From positions 49,126,110 to 49,190,109 of the forward strand of contig NC_068985.1 in the NCBI RefSeq assembly GCF_001194135.2: 64,000 nt of DNA, read 5' to 3'. Below are positions 38,791 to 52,360 of this stretch, piece after piece. The notes beneath the pieces are model-generated. The model ran no database searches and was not told the origin of the DNA. It saw only the letters and a program-made list of their open reading frames with translations. The stretch is from Octopus bimaculoides. Its lineage: Eukaryota. Both the position numbers and the translations under genes were made by a program. The first letter of the stretch is position 1, and every line of letters starts with the position of its first letter.

Positions 38791-40014
38791 TCCTATATCT
38801 CATTTTTAAAAAAAATTTTCTGGTAGAAAATTGTGAATTGACTGAAATAAATCTGAAGTACTTTAGATCAAACATATTTCAGTATTTAATGTTGATCTCT
38901 TTACATTTTGAATTAACATTGTGGTGGATGTTAAAGACGCAGGCACTTAATTCTAGCTGACCTCTGTCTATCTAACTGTAGCTACAACTTGTCTCTGTAC
39001 GTAAAAGGAAGTAGTTTAGTGCAGTTAATGCGTGTTTCACTGATTACAGTACTTTGTTCAAGTTTCCACCTCAACCTAGAAACCTAGAGATTGTAGTTCA
39101 AGACTATGAGCGTATTAGGAGGCCTCATGAATCACACCACTCAGAACTCTATTTTCCTTTCTTTGATAAAGGGCTCAAGCTCAAAACATTACACAACTTA
39201 TTTTCCTCACTCTAACTACATTTTATTTAAATTATGACACTTTATCATTATTTGTTGCTGACATATTCTTGCTGTTTCTGTTGGATTTTGAATTTTTACC
39301 TTAAATTCCATCTTGGAAAGTAGGGGTAAAACCATCTTATAACAATTCTACTTGTTCCTCTGTTACTTAGCACAACCATAACGCTTCCATGTGATTAGTT
39401 GAAAGGGTAGCGGGCAGGTGGATTGAAAGGTGAGGGGGGATGGGGGAGGGGTGAATGAAATGTGTAATTTTTTTTTCTCCATTACTTAGCCCATCTGTAA
39501 TGCTTTCACGTGATTAGTTGAAAGGAAAGGCAAAGAGCAAAAGAAAAAAAGAGAGAGAAAAGTGGATAAGGCAAAGAGTGAGGGAGAAAGAGAGGGAGTG
39601 CTGTGTATTAAGTCTATAAAATTGTGCATAAAGTATATAAAGTGCATTAAGTATTCATGGTATTCCAATTAACTTCACTTTTCAATGACTAGCAGATGAA
39701 CAACTATCTTTTGACACAGACACAACACAGGCTACGCCTTCAGGTTTTTTGGATAAAATTTTTAGAAATAACCCAATAAGTTTACTGTTAATTCCATGAA
39801 ATATTTACAGGTCCTGCTAGTTAGGGCATTAATGCCTCATGGTATTTGTTCCCTCCTGAATAAAATGTCTAAAAAAATCTAGTCACATATTTGGATCTAT
39901 TTCATAGATAATTGTGTCTGTACCCCAACTCTTTTGAGCATTCTCATTCCTGTCCTGAACAGTTTTATTTTAACTTGCCCCATTTCTCACATGAAATACA
40001 TATGTATGGTATTT

Positions 40015-40385
40015 TTTTATTTGTTTCAGTCATTTTGACTGTGGCCATGCTGGAGCACCACCTTGAATAGTTTTAGTTGAATAAATCAATTCCAGGACTT
40101 TTTTTAAGCCTAATACTTATTCTATCAGTCTTTTTTGCTGAAATGCTAAGTTACGGAGACATAAACATACCAACACCAGTTGTGAAGCAGTAATAGGGAG
40201 ACAAACACCCCCACCACACACACGCACACATACACACACATATATATATGTGACAGTCTTTTAGTTTCCATCTACCAAGTCCACTGACAAGGCTTTGGTC
40301 AGCCCAAGGCTATAGTAGAAGACATTTGCCCAAAGTGCCATGCAGTGAGACTGAACCTGGAACCATGCAGTTGGGAAGCACCACA
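40015..40385 (-). mobile_element. SINE-D, CpG-decayed
   Basis: Full family organisation on the minus strand. Confidence 0.85.
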
Positions 40386-40579
40386 TGGGTGCTTCCTTCC
40401 AATACAAAGTCAGCAAAATAATTTGACACATCTGCACTCAATTATAAATCCTTTGTCAGTTTTTGTCAAATATTCCAGGTGTTTGATGAACTGAACTACC
40501 TGTGCATTGAATTGGAGCATAAGTGACTAAGTATTTCACAAACATGTGTTTCCTTAATATAATTATTTTTACTCTAAGC

Positions 40580-40782
40580 ACAAGGCCTTGAAAATTTTTT
40601 GGGGAAGTGGGCTAGTTGATTACATCGACCCCCAGTGTGTAACTGGTACTTATTTTATTGACCCCGAAAGGATGAAAGGCTAAGTCAACCTCAGCAGAAT
40701 TTGAACTCTGAACGTAGCGGCAGACAAAATACCACTAAGCATTTCGCCCAGTGTGCTAATGATTCTGGCAGCTTGCCATCTT
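40580..40782 (-). mobile_element. SINE-B
   Basis: Family core present. Confidence 0.85.
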
Positions 40783-43700
40783 GCTGTATCCTTAATATAA
40801 TACTTAGGCAGAACCAGCCCGATATTGTGTGTGTGTGACAAAGCTTGTTCTTACAAATGTACTTACAGTCCATGAAGAAGGCTTCCATACAGTTTCTCTT
40901 AACTGAATTCCACTAACAGGTCTTAGGTTAACCTGACACTGCCATTCAATGCAATCAAACACATGGCCTGAACCATTTACATTGAAAGAATTATGTAATT
41001 TTGCATACACTTACACGTACATATTTAACACANNNNNNNNNNACATATTTAACACACATTTTTAATACGCTATTTTTGTTCCCCCCCCCCCACCGCTCTT
41101 CTTTCTCTCTTTTTCTGATTCTCTCTCTCCTTCCCTCTATTTGTTTCTCTCTCGCTCTCTCTCTCTCCCAACCTTTGACTTTCTACCTAACATCATTATT
41201 TGCATGACCTTTTTATCTGAATGATATCCAACAGCTTCTCCACTTGACTTCATGTCTCTTTATATCACTTGAGATATTCCAAGATTGTGGTGGGACAGGA
41301 TAGACAGAACAGTGGAGGAAGTCTATACCCTGACTGAAAGTTACTTATATCACTACTACCAGTTTGAAAAAAAACTATGCAGAGTGGTACTGATACCTTT
41401 AAAAATGATTGTGCTACTCTCTTATCCAGCTTCCTCCTCCTTTTACTTTCTAGCCTACTTTTGCAGCAAGAAAACTGTTGTTTTCATATTTTCCTTGTCT
41501 TTTTAATACTTGCAGAGTTCAAATCCTACTGAAGTTAGCTTTCTATTCTTTCAGGGTTAATAAAATTAACGTACCAGTTAAGTACTGTGGTCAATATAAT
41601 AGACTATACTTTTTTACCTCAAATCTAAGATTTATGTCGTCTAAAAAAAAAAAAAATCATTATTTGTCAGGGTTTTGTTGCTGTTCAGCTCCAAATCATC
41701 AATGACTCTCAGCTAGTTGATCATTTTTTAATGAAAGTTGTCTGTTTTTTTTCCTACATGGTGATCTTTCACCGAGGCCTATGAGAAGCGGTTGTTGAGG
41801 GGTATATTGTATCCAGGGCTTTCAGTCTTTCTGTGATCTTGAAAAAATATTTGCATATATTGAAAAATAACACTCACAGAAAGGACAAGCACTTTCTTTC
41901 TTCTCCAAAATAAACTTTAAATCCTCTGATAAAATTCATTTCAGAGTCCTCAACTTTAAACTTTTAGAAACCAACCAAGAATCCCCTCACTCTAGTTACT
42001 AATCTTGTCAGCTAGTTCTACAGTTACCAATTTTATTCCCTTTATTCTTAGAATATGTGTAANNNNNNNNNNGCTTCAGAATACTGAACATTTTAAACAA
42101 CTTTGTGAAATACTGAATTAAAATTTTTTTTGATCTTCCAGAAATAATTACTCCTGAAATCAAATTTTTCAATTTCCTTTCTCAACTTCATTTTTAATCC
42201 AAAATATTTACCAAAAAACAGTTTTAGATACATAAAGAGTTTGAGTTCATATTGATTTCAGATATTTTCAATATTGATTTCAAATTTTGGCACAAGACCA
42301 GCAATTTTGTGAGAGCGGATAAGTCAATGACATTGACCCCAGTGTTTAACTGGTACTTAATTTATCACCCTGCAAGGGATGAAAGCAAAGTTGACCTCTG
42401 GAATTTGAACTCAGAGCATAAAGTTCATTCTAATATTAAAGTAGTAAACATCAACTTAATGAAATCATTGAATGAAATTCCATGAACTCCACTCTGGTGA
42501 AGTTATAATCCCAACTTTACACTGCAATATACATCTATCAAAACAAACCTTTGATCTTTAAAAATCACATAAAAAGATATAAATACTTAAGGCATCCTTC
42601 AAAGCTTTCTATATAGCTGCATCAGAGGACAATGCTTGTTGTTCTGCAGCAACTAAATAAGATTGGGGTACCTCTGTGCATCCATCTTTCCAGTAATTGC
42701 TCAATTTGTACAACTGAAACCAAGACAATACTTTTAAATTCCCACACATGCACGTGCACACACATGCAGAACCAAGTGAAACTAGCCATTTTTCTCAAAA
42801 ATTGAAAGTAATTCAAAGCTTGAAATCACATCACCCTTATATCTTGAGGTTTATTATAAAACAAGTTTTCTATAGTTTTCATACTCAGGGGCCACAGTAT
42901 AGTATGTAGTTGGTTAAAATAGCTAATTGGCTGAGTTATTTGAGCATCAGGTAGATTGCATTAAAATGTTTGTTCCAGCTCCCTGTGCTCTATGTTCAAA
43001 CCATGCTGAGCTTAGGATTAGGGTTAGGGGTCAAAAAAATACTGATCCTATACTGGGTCAATTCCTCTCTCTCAATCTGTTGTGGCCAAACCTTTAGAGG
43101 GATGGGCTCCACTAGATCTAAACATTCGCAAGCCATGCCATGTGTCACTCCTGCAACTTCTTAAGTTGAGGACCCAAGGCATGGTGTGTTGCTGTTACCA
43201 ACATTCTAGATGTGAAAAAAAACCAATTGAATAGCTAGAAAAACTTTACAAACAAACAAACTGTGTCAATATCCTATAAGATTTTAAAAGTCATATAAAC
43301 AGAAGGTCCTAAGTGAGATGAGATATAAAAGTGTATTACTAATTTCGTGGAGTCCATCATTCTATTAATGACATAATCTCTCATCATTGTAAAGCTGTTT
43401 GTAACCATCTCCATATTGGATGTTGCTGGATGTTAGCTATCAAACAGTGAACTGCCATCAGATATTCTTTTACAGGTTTCAGTCATTGGACTCTGGTCAT
43501 GTGGAGGCACTGCCTTCATAGTTTTTGCTTCAAAACCGCTTGGTTTTGAGTTCCATCTCACTGTGTGGCACCTTCAACAAATGTCTTGTATTACAGCCTT
43601 AGACTGACAAATGCCTCGTAAATGAAATTGGTAGGTTAAAACTATGGAAGCCCACTGTGTATGTGTGTGTGTGTGTGTTGATACTCTGCATGTCCTCACA

Positions 43701-43964
43701 TGACACAACTTGAACAGAATAATGATGTCATACTTTTCTTTCTGTTTAAATAATGTCTTGTAGCTCTGTGTGCTTGAGAAGACCAGTGAAATAAAGAAAA
43801 ATCCCTTACTTTAACAAGCAGGTGAAGTTTGGTGGCAAGAATAAAATGCAGGTATAAAACACTGTTCAAATGTCTCCATCCAACCTATTGAAAAGCATAG
43901 ATAAAAATGAATGAGTGAGTAAAAATATTAACATGAGTTAAGAAACTGGCCCCTCAAACTTTAA

Positions 43965-44586
43965 CCCTTTAACATTCAAATGACTCAGTCAAGTGTGAAG
44001 CTTATTTAATCACATGGTTTTGAATTAATCATGCTTTGTCTCATAACTTAAAGATTTTGATAATGTGATTGTTTATTCTTAGAGGGATATTGTTAGGTAA
44101 GTGGAGGCGCAATGGCCCAGTGGTTAGGGCAGCGGACTCGCGGTCACAGGATCGCAGTTTCGATTCCCAGACCGGGCGTTGTGAGTGTTTATTGAGCGAA
44201 AACACCTAAAGCTCCACGAGGCTCCGGCAGGGGATGGTGGCGAACCCTGCTGTACTCTTTCACCACAACTTTCTCTCACTCTTTCTTCCTGTTTCTGTTG
44301 TGCCTGTAATTCAAAGGGTCAGCCTTGTCACACTGTGTCACGCTGAATATCCCCGAGAACTACGTTAAAGGTACATGTGTCTGTGGAGTGCTCAGCCATT
44401 TGCACGTTAATTTCACGAGCAGGCTGTTCCGTTGATTGGATCAACTGGAACCCTCGACGTCGTAAGCAACGGAGTGCCAACAACAACAACATTGTTGGGT
44501 AAGTGTGAGAGGCTGGATCTGGTCAGTTTGAACGTAAAGCAGGTAGAATATTTGGAGCAGGTATGGCCAGTTTAAGCGCTAATGGG
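43965..44586. mobile_element. piggyBac-type MITE (TTAA TSD) hosting a SINE-A
   Basis: TTAA|CCCTTTAACATT ... GCGCTAATGGG|TTAA; TTAA at 43961-64 and 44587-90. Confidence 0.8.
44102..44490 (+). mobile_element. Full-length young SINE-A with 13-15-bp TSD
   Basis: attgttaggtaag (44089-44101) / attgttgggtaag (44491-44503). Confidence 0.95.
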
Positions 44587-45944
44587 TTAAACAAAACATA
44601 CTTCAACCATGCCATATTGGTGGGAAAATTCCATGTATGACAAGAAACACTAATTAACTGAGTGGAGTGGTGGTGGGAGTCATTCAAGAAGTGTAGCTTC
44701 TTAAACAGTGACACATTTATAGACAATTTCTTTGTGGAATAATAAAAAGTAATAAGAAAATAATAATGCTACTGGTGGCAATGGCTGTTGGTGTTGTTGT
44801 TTAAATATTAAGTTTTTCATCATAATTAACTCCATTAGTTCTCTAGATTCCCAGGCTAACTTATTTGAATTCCTAAACTTCATAATGAATAATAAAAGCA
44901 AGTATATGAACGTAGGTGGGGTATGAAAATTCAAATGAACAGGCTTTTATTGTTCACTCTTGCTTTCATGCTTTCTTTTTCTTTTTTCTCTCTTTTTCTC
45001 AATTCCTTTCTGTCTTATTCTAAATCTTGTTTTCTAAAGTTATCTAGTGTCATTGAATTTCTTGTCCTGTGTCCTGTATGCACATTAATATTTAGGGGGT
45101 GATATGTTCAGGTTTCTTGTTCCACCATTTAAGCTATTTATAACTGGGTGAAGTGAGCCAATGAGAACTGCTTTGCTTTTGAGTATCAGCACAGTACCAG
45201 TGATAAAATGTATAGTATGGGTACTTTAATAATAAATCTGAATCTATATGACACTACATGGCAAATTTGCTTACAAGTTTATCTTAAATTATATATATGT
45301 GTGTGTGTGTGTGTGTGTCCTCTCTCTCTCTCTCTCTATGTATGTATAAGATTGAAAAAAATTTGGAGTCAACAAGGAGTACAGTTGGACATTTATTTTC
45401 AATCACTACAATCGTTTCTACAAAATGTAGTTCTCCAGGCTTGTAGGTACTTGATTATGCAACTATTTTCTTGCATTATGAGATTTAGTTGTTTCCTCAG
45501 GCGATATGTAAATATTGTCTCTATAAGTTCAAATTCTTTGCTTTAAGAACATGCTCTCTGTCTGTCATGGCCTGAAGTTGGTAATAGCCACTGAATTTGT
45601 TATTGCTGAAGAACCATTGGTATAACTAAATATATATATATATATATATATATACAAAGTATGGGGGTTTAGTTCACAGGTGATCTAAATGATTAGGTAT
45701 ACTACATAAGTGCTGTAATGGATTACTAGGGCTCCAGGGCTGTAGCCAAGATGGTAGTTATGGAGCCATTGCAGATTTCTGATATAGCGGATATATAATT
45801 GTTAAAGAGATCAACAAATGTTAAGGCAAGCCAAACGTCTCAAGTCATATACATTATTTTTATTGGAAAAAATTCAAAGTCTTACAGCTGTTTCTGGGAT
45901 ATCCCAGAGTATGGGATATTACATCATCAGGGATATCTCAGAAA

Positions 45945-47228
45945 CAAGCCATGTACAGGGATGCTGTCTGTTAGGTGGGGCTTGGCAACGAGTATAACAA
46001 AGAATTCAGTGGTTTGCCGAGGATCAGTCCTTAGCCTCCACTTGTTCATCATAGTCCTCCAGGCAATAACAGAGGAATTCAAGACAGGCTAATCCTAGGA
46101 GACCCACTATGCAGACGACCTTACTCTAATAGCTGAGTCACTGCCAGAGCTAGAGAAGTTTCAGGTGTGGAAGCAAGGTCTAGAATTGAAGGGCCTTAGA
46201 GTTAACTTCGCAAAAGCCAAAGTCTTAGTAAGTAGGAAGGCAAACAAATCACAAATCCCTTCAGATAGATAGCCCTGCTTGATCTGTAGAAAAGGTGTAG
46301 GTAGTAACTCCATAAGATGTACCTGGCGTAAGCTATAGACACATAAGAAGTGCAACAATATCAAAGGAAGGTTAACTGGGAAGATAGTTTTTGTGTGTGG
46401 CAGATGCACAGGAGCAATAAACACTGACGATGTACAAAAAATAGATTCCATCACATGCCAGGAGAAAAAACTAGTAGTTGATAGCTTCTGTTACCTAGGT
46501 GACCAAGTCAGTAGCTGGGGTGGCTGCTCTGAGAGAATAGCTGCTAGAATGATAGCCTGGGCAAAGGTCAGAGAGCTCCTGCTGGTCACTTTAGACTGTA
46601 TGATGCCTGTGTGTGAACAGCCATGCTACACAGCAGTGAAACATGAGCTGTGACTGCTGAGGACATGCATAGGTTTGAAAGAAATGAAGTTAGTATGCTC
46701 CACTGGATGTCTACTGTCAGTGTGCATACACAACAGTGTGTAAGTGCCCTGAGAGGGAAGTAGGACATAAGAAACGTCAGTTATGGTGTGCAAGAGAGAC
46801 AACTGTGCTGGTATGGTCATGTGATGCACATGGATGAGGACAGTTGTGTGAAGAAGTGGAGGGAACCTGTGGCCCGTTTAAAAGCACCCTTTAATTGTTG
46901 AGCAATATGCTGTGCTTGTGAAGACCTGTTGAACCGAGTGACATTATAGTTATGGTTGATGCCAGTGCCACCTAACTGGCACCTGTGCTGGTGGTACATA
47001 AAAAGCACCATTCGAGCTTAGCCAATACCAGTGCTGCCTGATCGGCTCCCATGCTGGTGGCACATACTACACTCTTGGAGTGGTGGGCATTAAGAAGGGC
47101 ATCTACCTGTAGAAACTTTGCCAAATCAGATTGGGGCCTGGTGCAGCCTTCTGGCTCACCAGTTCTCTGTCAACCCTCCAACTTATGTCAGCATGGAAAG
47201 CAGACGTTAAACAGCGATGATGATGATG
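45945..47228 (+). mobile_element. 5'-truncated, decayed RTE-clade LINE
   Basis: QAMYRDAV, GSVLSLHLFIIVLQAITEEFKTG, HYADDL, FQVWKQGLELKGLRVN, a Cys-rich insert, FCYLG, and a 3' UTR ending in (GAT)n. Confidence 0.9.
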
Positions 47229-47689
47229 CATGTATTGCAAGAAACATTTTACATAGTTCAACTTACACAAGTTAATGTGTGAAAAAAAAAAAAAGAATTT
47301 TGGAAGAAGTTTCTCTAAAACTAGTTTTTAAACATCGAATGACTATGGGAGTCCCAGGATAAAATAATAATCAGAGGAGTCTAAAGATAAAAAATGGTTG
47401 AGAACTCCTGAACAAGACAAATACTGACCAGGAATAAATGTATTACATGGAGTGGAGGTACAGCTCAGTAATTTTAATGCTTTTGACCTCATAACCTTGT
47501 CTTGTAAAGCTCAGTAAACATAACAACTTTTGAGATAAAATTATGGTATTGGATTATTTATCATGCAGTCTAGGGTTCATATTCTGCTAGAGCCATTGTT
47601 TTTTTTTTATCATAAGATAAAGTTAATTTCTCTACTAAATACATTTCTTGCTTTCCTAGGTTTCTTTTTTTTTTTGCTTTGGTTGTTGT

Positions 47690-47853
47690 TGGACTTGCAA
47701 ATTTGTTCCAATTCATTACATTCTGAATTCAAATCTGCTGAGGTCAGCTTTGCATTTCATTCTTTCAGGATCAGTAATATAAAGTACCAGTCACTGTTGG
47801 GACCAATACAATTAACTATCCCTTCTTGACCTTGTGCCTAAATTATTAGAAAC

Positions 47854-47886
<33 letters not shown>

Positions 47887-48550
47887 GGTGGTGGTGATCT
47901 GGCAGAATCATTAGCACGCTGGGCAAAATGCTTAGTATTTCGCCTGTTGCTATGTTCTGAGTTGAAATTCCGCCGAGGTCAACTTTGCTTTTCATCTTTT
48001 CGGGGTCGATAAAATAAGTACCAGTTGAATACTGGGGATGATGTAATTGGCTGGTCCCCTCCCCCAAATTGCTGCCCTTGTGGCAAAATTTGAAGCCATT
48101 ATTATTATTATCAATATTATGAAGAAGATGGTGAGCTGGCAGAATTGTTGGCATGCTGGATGAAGTGCTTAGCAGTATTTTCGCCCATCGCTATGTTCTG
48201 AGTTTAAATTTTACCATGGTTGATTTTGCCTTTCATCCTTTTGGTGGTGGTGGGGGGGGGGGCAATAAATTAAGTACCAGTTGTGTACTGGGTCGACCTG
48301 GTCAACTAACCCCTTCCCCCAAATTTCAGGCCTTGTGCCTTTAGCAGAAAGGATTATTATTACTGAGGTGGTCAGCTGGCAGAATCATTAGCACACTGGT
48401 GAAAATGCTTAGTGGTATTTTTTCCATCTTTGTTCTGAGTTCAAATTCCACTGAAATCGACTTTGCTTTTCATCCTTTTAGGATCAATAAATTAAGTACC
48501 AGTGAAATGTAATCCCCTCTCCTGAAATTTCAGGCCTTGTGCCATGTGTA
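47690..48550 (+). mobile_element. Head-to-tail array of four SINE-B copies
   Basis: Copies at ~47690 (partial), 47886, 48128 and 48365, each following the previous (ATT)n tail. Confidence 0.85.
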
Positions 48551-50637
48551 GAAATAGAGTATAGGGGTCACTGTTGGTCAACATTGACTGACCCTCTGTG
48601 TAGAAAGCTGGACTAAGTACCACAAGGTATTCTATCCAATATTCAAATAACTCTGTCAGTTCACTACCTTAAACCTTCTGTCTTCATAAATGAAAAATTT
48701 AGATAATGTAGTCCTACATATTCCTCAAAAAATGAGATGGTCATGCATTTTATTATAGATATACTAGATCAGAACTTACTTGGGGCTAACAAACATACAG
48801 CAACACAGACCACTAACAGAAATTTTACACTGGTGCCCAACTAGTTCAGTGTAGAGGAGAAATCTCTGACAAAAAACATTGGAAACTCTTGTGAATGAAA
48901 TTATTCTAAACTTTAGGACATGTGAAAACATGTGGCTTACAGGTTAGGGTGTTGCACTCATGATCATATGATTGTGGTTTCAATCCCTTGATTGGGTGTT
49001 TTTTTTTGTTTTTTTTGTTTTTTTTTTGTTATAGTAAAATACTTCATTTCACGTTGCTCCAGTCCACTCAGCTGGCAAAAGTAAGCAATCCTAGAAACCA
49101 ACCTTATGAGCTTATGTCTTGAGAAGGACCTTTGTATTTCGTGTCATCTGTTTTTTAAGGCTCTGCAGTTAAGATGAGTGTAGGCACGCCAGTGTGGTTA
49201 AGAAATTTTGCGACTATGTAATTTAAGTTTCAATCCCACTGGTTTCATAGCTGACTTATACTGCAGTTAAGGCATCTAAATCAAATGCATACTGCAAAGT
49301 TAAAAAAAAAACAAAAAAACTGTGATTTGGTAGCAAGAGGTACTTAACAGCTGTCATTATAGGACCTTTGTCAGTCAAGATTGCATCTGCACATATATGT
49401 GTAGGATTGAACAAGATTTTTGAAGAAGACCAGCATCTGGCCATACATACAAGTCTCCCCCTTCCCACATCAATGTTTATCCAAGGGAAAGGCCACTGGC
49501 CCACATCAGTAGCCTTTTCCTTGCTATAGCACAATACTATCACAGGTGTTGCTGTCAAAATGCAAAGATCTACAATAGATATTGCAAGGCATCTTTCCTA
49601 ACTTTTTAACAGTTCTACCAAATCCACTCTCCAGATTGTTATTGTTTTATTCATGTCACCAAGATAAAGGGCAGTGTTGATCTTGATGGGATTTGATCTC
49701 AAAAGAGTTAAGAGAGTGGGAATAAAATACCACAATGCATTCTATCTATGATTCGAACATACCTGGGAATAATATTGGTACCACATGGAATGTTATGAAT
49801 TGTAGGCTTCTCCAGTACATAGCAATTATCATTGTTTTTTATGTCTGCCTTTTAATACTAGTGGGAGTTGGGCAAGAGAACTTTTTAAGACATTGTTTTA
49901 ACAGTAATAAGCCCTTTCTTATGCCAACCCTTTTACAACATAGGAATGTTGTATACCTATTCTAAAAGCAGAGATATACATAATATACCAAAGATGTAAA
50001 ATGTATGTTAAACCAATGATAATGATATTAAGTTAGATTTCATCAACAGTAAAATCTTTATATTTACTTTTGTGTTCAAGTGGGAATAAATCAATATTTA
50101 TATTGTAAACCTGTTTTAACAAATTATCTACACCTATTGTGGTTTAGAAACAGGTTTTTATCATCACAGTGTTACCAAATGACTGTTTTGCTGTGTTCAT
50201 AGTGGCTCAATGATTCTTTATTATAAAATTGTCTCTTTTGTCTTTAGTTGAGTTTTTTAAAACATTGTTCAACAATGTTTACCTCAGTCTCAATGCAGGG
50301 ATAACCTTGATTAATCCTTTTAGTGTCGTATGTTGTCTTTGTTCGCATGATCCTCTGTGCAGAACTTTTCCTACCAAAATCTTTACAGTTAAATTTTTCT
50401 CCATCATTTCATCCATTACCTCTTTCTGTGAATCCAGTTATCTCCCCCACCTTTTCTCTGAACTACGTCTTAAGACTGCCATATCTAATTTTTAACACCC
50501 TCTCATATATCTTGTCGATGACCACCACTTTTATATTTGTCCTCTATTCACTATAGCCACTCCCATATGCATCACTCTATTTCCTTCTCTTCCCCCTTCC
50601 CATCCACACATCATCTTATCTTCTGATCTGTCTACTG

Positions 50638-50954
50638 CAAGAGTTTTCAACCAGGGTCTATATGGCCCCTGAGAGCCCATATAAGATTTTGCAGGGTCAC
50701 ACAACAAAATCCTAAATTAGTTATCCACAACAGTATTGTAAGGGCCCCTGAAAAAATTTTGCTTGAGATGTATTGCTAGAAACAGCTAGGCTTCTTTCTC
50801 TAACATTTTACATAGTTCAACTTAGACAAGTTTAACGAATTTTGAAAGAAGTTTCTGTAAAACTAGTTTTTAAACAGTGGATGGCTATTGGGGTCCACCA
50901 GAATGAAATAGTAATCCAAGGGGTCCATAGATAAAAAATGGTTGAGAACCTTTG
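50638..50954. mobile_element. hAT-type MITE
   Basis: TIR CAAGAGTTTTCAACC / GGTTGAGAACCTTTG. A partial second copy lies at 47235-47410. Confidence 0.75.
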
Positions 50955-51244
50955 GTTTATAGGTTTATTATACTACTGTTCTTCACTTTTTTTTCTTTCA
51001 CCTTCTTTGTCCTAATATCTACTATTCATTTCACTTCCACCCTTATTACACATACTATATTTACTTGTACTCCCATTTGTCATTCTCCTCTCACAATCTA
51101 ATGAACTTATCCATCCACCTTTCTCATTTATTGGGCCATATTCTCTCTTACATTCTTGTGTCATTTCTGGATCAATCTCCAAAGGTCAAATTCTCTATTT
51201 AATGAGTTATTTTACTAATATCAGTTTATATATATATATACTAT

Positions 51245-51430
51245 GATTGACCGCTGACTGAACACTATTCAATTTTTTTTCTCCGTGTTTTTCTCCTTGT
51301 CTCCGTATTCTTTCTGTTGAAGAGCGTAGCTCAAAACGTTAAAGACTTTCCGTATTCCTGAGCGTCATACTAATACACCCTTTTGTTGTTTACACCACCT
51401 GTCCTCGTCTGTTGTTGTTTTTTTCGTACA
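51245..51430 (+). mobile_element. Penelope-like terminal (pLTR) fragment
   Basis: GATTGACCGCT and TTCTGTTGAAGAGCGTAG..AAAGACTTT match the end of the Penelope element at 58230-58420. Confidence 0.7.
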
Positions 51431-51435
51431 TTCTC

Positions 51436-51480
<45 letters not shown>

Positions 51481-51527
51481 NNNNNNNNNNNNNNNNNNNN
51501 NNNNNNNNNNNNNNNNNNNNNNNNNNN

Positions 51528-51571
<44 letters not shown>

Positions 51572-51626
51572 AAACTTTAGTATTCTATCTTTTATATTTT
51601 CAGAAGTAACTATTAGTAATTTCAAA

Positions 51627-51693
51627 ATGCCGTCTTTGGCAATGCCACTGATATTGGTCTTCCTAGCCTGCTTTTCATTGCAGACACTTGCTG
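51627..51693 (+). CDS. Cont: Contactin-like cell-adhesion protein, coding exon 1 (signal peptide)
   Basis: Acceptor tttcag| at 51603, caaaATG context, MPSLAMPLILVFLACFSLQTLA (hydrophobic core, T-L-A cleavage site), donor G|gtaagt, phase 1. Confidence 0.85.
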
Positions 51694-51948
51694 GTAAGTA
51701 TCTTTTACACTGTATTTTTAGGATTATAAGATTTTGGTTGTAATGTTTCGATACCAATAGAATATTCTTGAACACTTCTCCAATATATTCATTACAAAGT
51801 GGGTGCACAGAGCTGGTCTTCATCAAAGAGTAACAGAGTAACTAAAAAAAAAAAAAGAAAAGAGACAACCATGGATTGAATGTCTTTTATTAGCGCTGCC
51901 TAGTCCTCTTCTTGTTTTGCTTTTTTTTTTATATGGTTAGGTTTAGTA

Positions 51949-52329
51949 CAGTGCATCTTTTCCATCTCAAGCACAGATTTTTTAATAAATTTTTTTTAAT
52001 TAAACACTTTAAAATTTCAGATACTGGTCAAATGTGTCACGTAGAACAGGGTTTACTCTTAACATTTTTGACAAAATTTCGTATTTTAGAAGCGGTATTT
52101 CATGTTAAAGTTGTCATATTTGGATAATTTTAACCAATCAGTGACATGGATTCAGCTGAAGAAAGTTACTGCTGCAGTTTGCGACCAATAACTTCCAGGT
52201 CCGTTGACAAAATGATGAATCTTCAACAACAGAAAGATTTAAACTGAAAATCTCCTCTAACAAAATCTTTCTTTAATAACCAGAGATGTTTTTATAGCAA
52301 CATATATATATATATATATATATATAATG

Positions 52330-52360
<31 letters not shown>

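Noticed and set aside
44102-44490. Using SINE-A CpG decay as a clock for the methylation boundary
   Set aside because: About 4 of 8 differences are CpG transitions, but upstream copies (696, 19911) show similar changes, so it does not discriminate.
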